Shown: one piece after another, positions 57,002-64,000 of the stretch
Layout: each line of letters opens with the position of its first letter
Position numbering within the stretch: the first letter of the stretch is position 1
Source of the DNA: Phycisphaerae bacterium
GTDB lineage: Bacteria; Planctomycetota; Phycisphaerae; SM23-33
Direction: 5' to 3'
Length of the DNA: 64,000 nucleotides
NCBI GenBank assembly: GCA_049975485.1
Contig: JBNGDC010000005.1
Coordinates: forward strand, 25,928-89,927
Position numbers and translations under genes: made by a program
The notes under the pieces: generated by a model
Seen by the model: only the letters and a program-made list of their open reading frames with translations
What the model was told of the DNA's origin: nothing
Databases searched by the model: none

Positions 57002-57307
57002 GTGCAGACGATGGGAGACAGTCCGGTGCGTATAGACGGCATACAAGGTCATCAGGCCCATAGACCCGACGATCGCAGCGCATTATCTCGGCCTGCGGGA
57101 ATCGAGCGCGATACCTCCGCCGGCAAGGCCGTTGACAGTTCGGGCATTCTTGCGGAGGTTCGCCCCTACATAGAGTCCGCCCGCAAGACCGAAGAGGTCA
57201 ACGCCCAGGCCGTCGCCGAGGCGAAGGAAATGCTCGCCTCCGGTCAACTGCAAAGCCCCGACGCCCTGAGACGAGCGGCCGAGGCAATTCTCTCCAGGGA
57301 TTTCTAG
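57002..57307 (+). CDS. flgM: Anti-sigma-28 factor FlgM
   Basis: About 98-101 aa (GTG at 57002 or ATG at 57011). The C-terminus EEVNAQAVAEAKEMLASGQLQSPDALRRAAEAIL fits the FlgM sigma-28-binding helices. Confidence 0.7.
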   Translation: MQTMGDSPVRIDGIQGHQAHRPDDRSALSRPAGIERDTSAGKAVDSSGILAEVRPYIESARKTEEVNAQAVAEAKEMLASGQLQSPDALRRAAEAILSRDF

Positions 57308-57465
57308 CTTACCCGGCGGCGCGTCTCAGAACGCTTCATGCCCTCGCCCGGGGAAGCCCCCAATCGTAAGTTTCCAGTGATGGCTCGCGGTATGCGCAGG
57401 GGCTACGGCGGGTCCTGATCCCGCCAGTTGGTCCGGCAAAAACCGGCAAAGTCTTACCGCCCTTG

Positions 57466-57487
57466 GAATCCGCGGGGATTTTTTTTT
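57466..57487 (+). terminator. Short hairpin plus T9 terminator downstream of flgM
   Basis: GAATCC-GCGG-GGATT followed by TTTTTTTTT. The stem is only 5-6 bp. Confidence 0.45.
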
Positions 57488-57498
57488 GTGCAGAGTGC

Positions 57499-57525
57499 TC
57501 AAGTTCGCCACCTTCGCTCCGATAA
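57499..57525 (+). promoter_or_regulatory. Sigma-28 (FliA) promoter of the flagellin gene
   Basis: TCAAGTTC-N11-TCCGATAA compared with the enteric consensus TAAAGTTT-N11-GCCGATAA. It implies a ~145-nt 5' UTR. Confidence 0.7.
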
Positions 57526-57679
57526 TGCCTTGTGACGAGGCCGAAAATCCGGCCGGGCCAGATGCGCGGCCGTTCGGTCTGTCAGTGTCAGCTCAGAACA
57601 CAAGCAAGTGGGTCCTGTATGGTGCAGGCTGCGTGGGTCTGCTGGTACGGTTTTTCTATCAACATGAGGGAGAAGGCAG

Positions 57680-58858
57680 ATGCTAGCAATCAAGAACAAC
57701 CTTATGGCCGAGAATGCCGCAAGGCATTTGGGCAGGTCGTATGACTCCCTGTCCACATCGGTTGAAAGGCTTGCGTCCGGCCTGCGCATCAACAGCGCGA
57801 AGGACGACGCGGCGGGTTTGGCCGTTCGCGAGTTGCTTCGAGCAGACGTAGCTGTGTTCCGTCAGGCGTCGCGAAACGCGAATGACGGCGTGTCCATGCT
57901 TCAGACGGCTGAAGGTGCCATGGCCAGCATCGACGAGATCCTCGTTCGTATGAAGGAGCTTGCCGAGCAGTCCGCAACCGGTACCTACAACGACGACCAG
58001 CGGGCGTTGATGGACGCTGAATTCCAGGAGCTGGTCGAGGAAATCGACCGTATCGCCGACAGTGCCGAGTTCAACGGAATCTTCCTGCTGAACGATTCCA
58101 CCGGTACGAACTACGACATCCACGTCGGCGATAACACCAATGTCATTCAGGTTACGGCCAAGGACACCACCGCGGCCGGTCTGGGCGTTGGCGGCACCAA
58201 GGCGTACGGTGCCATCATGTCGGCGGTGGAAGATGCGTCGGCTGCCAGCTGGATCAACGTTACCGCTGGCGGCAACCTGAACTTCAATTTCACCAATCAG
58301 GGAACGCTGACGGTGGCTCTGACCACCCAGACGTACTCCATGAGCGACCTGGTCGATGCCATCAACTCCGCCAGCCGCGCTTCGGACGACTACAACGCCG
58401 CCGAGATCGTCACCAACGACGAAACCGGTCTGAGCACCATCAAGGTCTCGGCCGAGTACGGCGGTACCGAGACGCTGACGATCAGCCACACCGCTACGCT
58501 CGCCACGGACCTGTTGGCAGCGGCCGAGTGGTCCACTGAGGCAGGTACCGGAACGGCCATCAGCATCGACTCGGTCACTAACGCCCAGACAGCACTGGGC
58601 GCGCTGGACGACGCCATCGACGCCAAGGACGCCATCCGGGCCGAGTTCGGTTACCTGATGAACCGCATGGAGCAGGCCGCACGCGTGCTCGATATCCAGG
58701 CGGAGAACATGCTCGCGGCAGAGTCGCGAATCTCCGACGTGGACGTCGCCACCGAGATGGCTTCAATGACGCGGAACCAGGTGCTCGCACAGGCCGGCGT
58801 CAGCATGTTGGCACAGGCAAACGCCATGCCGCAGATGGCGCTGCAGTTGCTTGGCTAA
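57680..58858 (+). CDS. fliC: Flagellin
   Basis: 392 aa. RLASGLRINSAKDDAAGLAVRE, and the C-terminus MASMTRNQVLAQAGVSMLAQANAMPQMALQLLG. The central domain is S/T-rich. Confidence 0.95.
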   Translation: MLAIKNNLMAENAARHLGRSYDSLSTSVERLASGLRINSAKDDAAGLAVRELLRADVAVFRQASRNANDGVSMLQTAEGAMASIDEILVRMKELAEQSATGTYNDDQRALMDAEFQELVEEIDRIADSAEFNGIFLLNDSTGTNYDIHVGDNTNVIQVTAKDTTAAGLGVGGTKAYGAIMSAVEDASAASWINVTAGGNLNFNFTNQGTLTVALTTQTYSMSDLVDAINSASRASDDYNAAEIVTNDETGLSTIKVSAEYGGTETLTISHTATLATDLLAAAEWSTEAGTGTAISIDSVTNAQTALGALDDAIDAKDAIRAEFGYLMNRMEQAARVLDIQAENMLAAESRISDVDVATEMASMTRNQVLAQAGVSMLAQANAMPQMALQLLG

Positions 58859-58979
58859 CCGTAAACGGACGGACTTTCTCCGGAGGCGGCCCCGCCGCCT
58901 AAAAATTGAACGTGAGCCCCGATAGTACAGGCGGGGCCCGCCTTCGGGGAAATCCGAGAAAATGCAGATAGCTGCACAG

Positions 58980-59013
58980 AGACCCGCGACGGAAACGTAG
59001 CGGGTCTTTTTTT
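58980..59013 (+). terminator. Rho-independent terminator after the flagellin gene
   Basis: AGACCCGC-N12-GCGGGTCT followed by TTTTTTT. Confidence 0.8.
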
Positions 59014-59045
59014 GTATCACGAAGCTCGCTAAGCCCATAATCGGG

Positions 59046-59072
59046 TCAAGTTCCTGCCGGCGGCTTCGATAA
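59046..59072 (+). promoter_or_regulatory. Sigma-28 promoter of fliD-fliS
   Basis: TCAAGTTC-N11-TTCGATAA. The -35 octamer is identical to that of the flagellin promoter. Confidence 0.65.
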
Positions 59073-59130
59073 TGATTGATGAGGGCCGCTGCATAAGGAC
59101 CCTCCGACAGCGGCGACGACGGAGGCAACC

Positions 59131-60804
59131 ATGGCAACGTTTTCCATGCCGGGCGTTTACAGCAGCATCGACACCAACGTGTTAGTAGAAGCCACGTTAC
59201 GGGCCGAGAGCAGGCCGCTGCAGCAGCTCGAGGACCGCAAGTCCGCCTGGGAAAAGAAGACCGGCGCCGTTGAGGAGATCGAAGCTCAGCTCCGCAAGCT
59301 CAGGAATCTTGCTTCTGATCTGCGGAACATCGATACGCTCCGGGGCTTCAGGGCCAAAAGCTCGGACGAAGCCATTCTGACCGCCTCAGCCGCCGCCGGA
59401 GCCGTGCAGGGCACGCACGAGATCATCGTCAATCGTCTCGCCTCTTCCGAGCGGGAGGTGCACTCCGGCGTAGCGTCGGCCGATACGCTCGTCGGGGAAG
59501 GCGCCTTCAGCTACACCTACAACGGCGTTACCCGGACCGTTTACACCAATGAAGAGACCACGCTGGAAGGCCTGGCCAACCTCATCAACAAAGACTCGGG
59601 CAATCCCGGGGTCAATGCGAGCATCCTGGAAGTCGGCGGCGAAGGCGAGCAGGGCTTTCACCTGGTGCTCAGCGGCCGCGACAGCGGGGGCGATTACACC
59701 ATCACCTTGAACGACGCTGCCACCACGCTGGACGGAACCAACGGAACGGTGGATTTTCGCGGGTCCACCTTCACGGAGACCCAGACCGCGCAGAACTCTC
59801 AATTGCGGGTGGACGGATACCCTCCCACCGGCTGGATCGAGCGCAGCGGGAACACCATCGGCGACGTCATATCGGGTGTGACGCTTGAGCTGCAGGGCGT
59901 GGGCGAGTCGCGGCTGTCGCTGACACGCACCGACGACAAGATCAAACAGACTCTCGGATCCCTTCCGGGGCTGTACAACTCGCTATGCGACACGGTGGAC
60001 AAGTACACGGGCTATGATGAGGAGACCGGCGAGGGCGGGATTCTCCAGGGCAGCATCAGCATCAACAGTCTGCTTCAGCGTATTCGCAGCACGCTGGTGT
60101 CGCGAGTGCCTGGCTTCGACAGCGAGGCCGACGGAATGTCACTGGCGGTGCATCTGGGCTTCGAGTTCGACAAGGAAGGCAAGCTCTCGCTTGACACGTC
60201 CACATTCGAGGATGCGCTGTCGCAGGACTACGACACGCTGTTGAACCTTATCGGCGCCCAGAACCGAGGCGTCGTCAGCAGCGAGTACATCCAGTTCGAC
60301 AGCGCCATGGAGAATACACAGCCGGGCGCTTACGAGTTGGAGATCGACTGGGACGCCGGCGGCAATATCACCGAAGCTCGCATCCGCCTGGAAGGCGAGA
60401 CCGAGTGGCGAACGATGTCGGTGTCCGGAAACACACTTACCGGGCAGCTCAACAGTCCCGAACAGGGCATGGCTCTGATGGCTGTCTTTCCCGGCTCCGC
60501 CGGAACGCATGAGGCCGGAATCCGATTGCAACAGGGCTTTGGGACCATTCTGGCCGACCGTCTTGATGAAATCCTGGATTCCAGGGAAGGGTCCGTCGCT
60601 CTTCAGAAGCAGAACATCAAGGACAACATCAAGCGGCTGAACTCGCAGATAGATTTCCAGGAGACACGCCTGGAGACCAGGAAGAAGCACTTACAGCAGA
60701 AATACGCCCGCCTTGAGGCGATGCTGGCCAGGATAGACTCGATGCAGTCTGCGTTTCAGAGCTTGTTCCAGATGGTTGAGCAACAGAACGGGGCGAAGGC
60801 ATAG
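59131..60804 (+). CDS. fliD: Filament cap protein
   Basis: 557 aa. N-terminus GVYSSIDTNVLVEATLRAESRPLQQLEDRK, and the C-terminus LQQKYARLEAMLARIDSMQSAFQSL. Confidence 0.9.
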   Translation: MATFSMPGVYSSIDTNVLVEATLRAESRPLQQLEDRKSAWEKKTGAVEEIEAQLRKLRNLASDLRNIDTLRGFRAKSSDEAILTASAAAGAVQGTHEIIVNRLASSEREVHSGVASADTLVGEGAFSYTYNGVTRTVYTNEETTLEGLANLINKDSGNPGVNASILEVGGEGEQGFHLVLSGRDSGGDYTITLNDAATTLDGTNGTVDFRGSTFTETQTAQNSQLRVDGYPPTGWIERSGNTIGDVISGVTLELQGVGESRLSLTRTDDKIKQTLGSLPGLYNSLCDTVDKYTGYDEETGEGGILQGSISINSLLQRIRSTLVSRVPGFDSEADGMSLAVHLGFEFDKEGKLSLDTSTFEDALSQDYDTLLNLIGAQNRGVVSSEYIQFDSAMENTQPGAYELEIDWDAGGNITEARIRLEGETEWRTMSVSGNTLTGQLNSPEQGMALMAVFPGSAGTHEAGIRLQQGFGTILADRLDEILDSREGSVALQKQNIKDNIKRLNSQIDFQETRLETRKKHLQQKYARLEAMLARIDSMQSAFQSLFQMVEQQNGAKA

Positions 60805-60822
60805 CACCAAGGAAGAACTGCC

Positions 60823-61182
60823 GTGGACGGAATTACAGCGTACAGATCCAACCAGATAGGCACCGAGTCGCGTGGACGGCTGATCGTTATGCTCTACGAG
60901 GGTGCGATCAAGTTCCTGAATCTCGCGCTGGATGAGCTGCAGGCCGGTGAGTTCGACAAAAAAGGCGAACACATCAACAAGGCCATCGACATTATCCATG
61001 AGCTTAACGTCTGTCTGGACATGGACGCCGGCGGCGAGATAGCCGAGAACCTTCGCGGGCTGTACCTGTTCATGATACGCCACCTCACCGAAGCCAACAT
61101 GCAGCGCGACCCGCAGCGCATCCGCGAGGTCGTCTCGTTGCTTACCGACCTCAACGAGGGCTGGAAGGCGATTACCGTCTGA
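60823..61182 (+). CDS. fliS: Flagellin-specific chaperone FliS
   Basis: 119 aa. RLIVMLYEGAIKFLNLA...INKAIDIIHELNVCLDMDAGGEIAENLRGLYLFMIRHL. Confidence 0.9.
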   Translation: MDGITAYRSNQIGTESRGRLIVMLYEGAIKFLNLALDELQAGEFDKKGEHINKAIDIIHELNVCLDMDAGGEIAENLRGLYLFMIRHLTEANMQRDPQRIREVVSLLTDLNEGWKAITV

Positions 61183-61352
61183 CAGACTCTTCTGCTGTTG
61201 CATCCTGTTTGGATTATCAGTTGTGTTCCGCCACTTCCGCGCACGCCGGTCTGTTTCCGGCAGGTTTTGACCCCGCCGGACCGCGGGTGTATCCTGCATG
61301 AGACGTCCCTGGACGAGCATTTGCCGTTGTTTCGGGGACCGGGAGACGCCCC

Positions 61353-62447
61353 ATGAAAATCGTCAGTATCGAAAGCTTCACCCGTCGCCGCCTGGGTGTG
61401 GTTCGCCTCCGCAGCGACGACGGAACCGAGGGCTTTGGGCAGCTATCGCCGTTTAACGCCGACATATCGGCCGAGGTTCTGCATCGCCAGGTAGCCCCGG
61501 CGGCCCTGGGGGCGGAGGTGGAGGACGTCCCTTCGCTGGTGAATCGCGTCATGGAGATGACGTACAAGTTCCCCGGGACATACGTATGCCGGGCAGTTTG
61601 CGGCCTGGACACCGCGCTGTGGGACCTGCTCGGCAGGCAGGCGGGTATGGGCGTCTGCGAGCTTCTAGGAGCTGAGCCGGGCAGGAAGATACCGGCCTAC
61701 GGGTCGAGCATGAGGCGGGACATTACCCCCGCCGATGAGGCCGACCGGCTCAAACGCCTGCGCGACGATAAGGGCTTCGGTGCCTTCAAGATAAGGTTAG
61801 GAAAAGTCTGCGGGCACGACGACGACCAATGGCCCGGCCGGACCGAAGAACTCGTTGAGACGGTCCGTCGCGAGCTTGGTGACGACATTCGCCTGCTTGC
61901 CGACGCGAACAGTTGCTACACGCCGCAGAAGGCGATAGAGGTCGGACGGCTGCTTGAGGAACACGGTTTCCGCCACTTCGAGGAGCCGTGTCCGTACTGG
62001 GAGCTGGACTGGACGGCCGAGGTCGCCCGGGAGCTGAACGTCCCCGTCGCCGGCGGCGAGCAGGACAACATGTCGGCCGTCTGGAAACGCATAGTGGACA
62101 TGCCCGCGGTGGATATCGTCCAGCCCGACGTCTGCTACGTAGGCGGTCTGAGCAGGGCATTGTGGGTGGCCCGGCTGGCCGGAGAAAAAAACCTGCCCTG
62201 CGTGCCGCACTCAGCCAACCTGTCGATGGTCAGCGTCTTCACGCTGCACCTGTTGGCAAGCATACCCAACGCCGGCGATTACATGGAGTTCTGTGTCGAG
62301 CCGTCCGACTGGGTTGAGGGCCTCTACGAGCCGAATCTGGAGGTACGCGACGGTGAGGTGGCCGTGCCGGAAGGTCCCGGCTGGGGCGTGACGGTCCGGC
62401 CGCAGTGGCTGGAGACGGCCGAGCACCGCATCAGCGAGCTGGACTGA
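61353..62447 (+). CDS. Enolase-superfamily enzyme (mandelate racemase/muconate lactonizing family; substrate unknown)
   Basis: 364 aa. FKIRLGK, LLADANSCYT, HFEEPC, AGGEQD metal and acid-base motifs. Confidence 0.8.
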   Translation: MKIVSIESFTRRRLGVVRLRSDDGTEGFGQLSPFNADISAEVLHRQVAPAALGAEVEDVPSLVNRVMEMTYKFPGTYVCRAVCGLDTALWDLLGRQAGMGVCELLGAEPGRKIPAYGSSMRRDITPADEADRLKRLRDDKGFGAFKIRLGKVCGHDDDQWPGRTEELVETVRRELGDDIRLLADANSCYTPQKAIEVGRLLEEHGFRHFEEPCPYWELDWTAEVARELNVPVAGGEQDNMSAVWKRIVDMPAVDIVQPDVCYVGGLSRALWVARLAGEKNLPCVPHSANLSMVSVFTLHLLASIPNAGDYMEFCVEPSDWVEGLYEPNLEVRDGEVAVPEGPGWGVTVRPQWLETAEHRISELD

Positions 62448-63987
62448 ACCCGACATCTACCGGCGGCGTGCCGGTCGGGTTGAACTCCCCGGCCAATGCC
62501 TCCAATGCCGCGCTTGGCGCATCGCCGCCTTCGTAGCCCAGTATCAGCCGCGGCGCGGGAGGAAGCTCACGCGCGGCGTAGGCGTTGCCCAGCAGAACGA
62601 CGGCTGAGAGCCGATTGCCGATTCCATCCAGCAGCGCAAGCATGCGCCGGGTCAGGTCGGAGCTGCCCATGTAGTGGTCTGTTCGCGAGCGGCAGACGGC
62701 GACCACACTGTCGGCGGCGGCCGTTTCCACGCAGGCACGCTCCATCTGGTTGCGGCTGGGGAAGTCGTTGATCTTCAGCACGCGCGAACGCGGGAACAGC
62801 CGGGAGATACACTCCAGAACCTGCGAGGGGTCTTCGCCCTCGCTGTGGGTATTTCCGGTCTGCGGATCGGTGAACGTGTTGCCCACCTGAACGAGGAACA
62901 GGTGCTCGCCGTGGGGGTCTATGGCGGGTGATACGCCCGGGGCCGCTATGGCCGATATCGACCGCCGCGAAAGCTCCGCGGCTTTCTGCTTGTCGGAGTC
63001 GCCGCCGCCCTTCTCGGCCGAAGTAAGCGTCCGTCGCTGAGCGGCCAGGACGCGAGCGGCCGCGGCGTCCAACTGCTCGTCGCTTATGCAGCCCTTGCGG
63101 TACGCGCCGAGCATCATGTCGTACGCATCCGCCGGCGAGAGGCGGTAGCTGGTGATGATCATATCGTTGCCGGCCGCCATCGCCAGCTCGTGGCTGCGAC
63201 GCAGGCCGAACCGGCTGGTCAGGCCGATCATCGCCAAAGAGTCGGTTACGACAAGACCGTCAAAGCCCATTTCCCTCAGCAGGGCTATCACCTTCGGCGA
63301 GAGCGTCGCGGGCATTTCGGCGTCCACGTCATCGGCGATGATGTGTCCGACCATAACGCCCGACAGCTCCGCCTCCCGGATACACCGCGCATAGGGCAGC
63401 AGGTCGCGCTTCAGCAGATCCTGTCTGTCGCCCTTGATGTGCACCATGCCGATATGCGAATCCACAGGCGACTGCCCGAACCCGGGGAAGTGCTTGGCCG
63501 TTACGACCATGCCTTGCCGCTGGTATTCGCGAACGGCCGCTACCGCCAGCCGGGCGACCATCTCCGGGTCGGCCCCGAACGCCCGCGGTCCTACGCAGGA
63601 TGAAAGCGGATTCGCCGCCACGTCGAGTATCGGTCCGAAGACGGTGTTGCGGCCTGCGGCTTTCGCCTCCTTCGCGGTTATGCGCGCCCAATCGGCCGCC
63701 GCTGCCGGCTCGCCGATCGCCCCTATCGCCTGCTGGCAGGGCAGCGGTGTGGCCTGGGGAGCTTCGTAGCCGCTCTCCATGTTGTCCGCCAGCAACAGCG
63801 GATAGTCGGCCGCCGAGAGATATTCATCCGCATCCTCGTACGGGCTGAGGTGCAGGCCGCCCAGGCGGCGGTCGCGTATCATCTCCAGCAGTTCCCGCTT
63901 GTCCTCGTCGTTACGGGGGCGGCGGGCGAAGAGCATCTGCCCCACCTTCTGCCCGGCCGACAGGTCCTCGACCCTCAGCGGTTCCAT
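62431..63987 (-). CDS. Glycoside hydrolase family 3 protein (NagZ/beta-hexosaminidase-like N-domain)
   Basis: 518 aa. GPILDVAANP, KHFPGFGQSPVDSH, GFDGLVVTDSLAM. Confidence 0.8.
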   Translation of the reverse strand: MEPLRVEDLSAGQKVGQMLFARRPRNDEDKRELLEMIRDRRLGGLHLSPYEDADEYLSAADYPLLLADNMESGYEAPQATPLPCQQAIGAIGEPAAAADWARITAKEAKAAGRNTVFGPILDVAANPLSSCVGPRAFGADPEMVARLAVAAVREYQRQGMVVTAKHFPGFGQSPVDSHIGMVHIKGDRQDLLKRDLLPYARCIREAELSGVMVGHIIADDVDAEMPATLSPKVIALLREMGFDGLVVTDSLAMIGLTSRFGLRRSHELAMAAGNDMIITSYRLSPADAYDMMLGAYRKGCISDEQLDAAAARVLAAQRRTLTSAEKGGGDSDKQKAAELSRRSISAIAAPGVSPAIDPHGEHLFLVQVGNTFTDPQTGNTHSEGEDPSQVLECISRLFPRSRVLKINDFPSRNQMERACVETAAADSVVAVCRSRTDHYMGSSDLTRRMLALLDGIGNRLSAVVLLGNAYAARELPPAPRLILGYEGGDAPSAALEALAGEFNPTGTPPVDVGFSPAR

Positions 63988-64000
63988 GGATTTCCGGCTC

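Noticed and set aside
57643-57658. Sigma-54-like sequence TGGTACGGTTTTTCTA in the flagellin leader.
   Set aside because: The -12 element lacks the invariant GC (TTCTA instead of TTGCA) and the -24 element has T for C. A much better sigma-28 promoter lies upstream.
58884-58900. Palindrome AGGCGGC-CCC-GCCGCCT right after the flagellin stop codon.
   Set aside because: It is followed by an A-run rather than a T-run on the coding strand, so it is not a plus-strand terminator. The convincing terminator is at 58980-59013. It may simply stabilise the 3' UTR.

Overview
This is a high-GC (roughly 65% by eye) bacterial chromosomal segment. I ran no homology search. All calls rest on motifs I recognise in the supplied translations and on reading the DNA directly. 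The abundance of TPR proteins and the sigma-54/sigma-28 flagellar wiring would fit a PVC-group (Planctomycetota-like) organism, but that is a low-confidence inference. The window has three blocks. (1) 1-12.95 kb is an origin-proximal housekeeping block: obg (truncated by the window edge), rpmA, a secreted hypothetical, a GNAT, DnaA boxes plus dnaA, gdhA, a DUF123/GIY-YIG-like gene, a PP2C phosphatase, rubredoxin, rseP, dxr, leuB and a DUF1854-like gene. (2) 12.98-61.2 kb is a ~48 kb flagellar supercluster in two divergent arms around a control region at 29.2-32.4 kb. The minus arm runs fliK-flgD-flgE-(PilZ/YcgR-like)-flgF-flgG-flgA-flgH-flgI-flgJ-flgN-flgK-flgL, followed by a separately promoted trio of a GT2-like/TPR protein, a TPR protein and a FliT-like protein. 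The plus arm runs a sigma-54 activator, a RayT/REP insertion, a large TM-TPR protein, a secreted TPR protein, a second sigma-54 activator, flgBC-fliEFGHIJ, a MotE/YlxF-like gene, motA, two tandem motB paralogs, fliLMN, fliOPQR-flhBA, a small membrane protein, fliA, four unknown genes, flgM, fliC and fliDS. (3) 61.35-64 kb holds an enolase-superfamily enzyme and a GH3 hydrolase. I could read four sigma-54-type promoters with correct GG-N10-GC spacing, two good and one weaker sigma-28-type promoters, several intrinsic terminators, and two perfect REP-like palindromes flanking an intact Y1 (RayT-type) transposase. I saw no rRNA, tRNA or CRISPR array. The material most worth a second look is about 9 kb of lineage-specific genes embedded in otherwise canonical flagellar operons. 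It comprises two pseudo-receiver sigma-54 activators with no kinase in the window, a TM-TPR/secreted-TPR pair, a membrane-anchored YcgR-like PilZ protein, a DxD-less GT2/TPR/FliT-like trio, a MotA-MotB-MotB stator locus, and a four-gene module between fliA and flgM.
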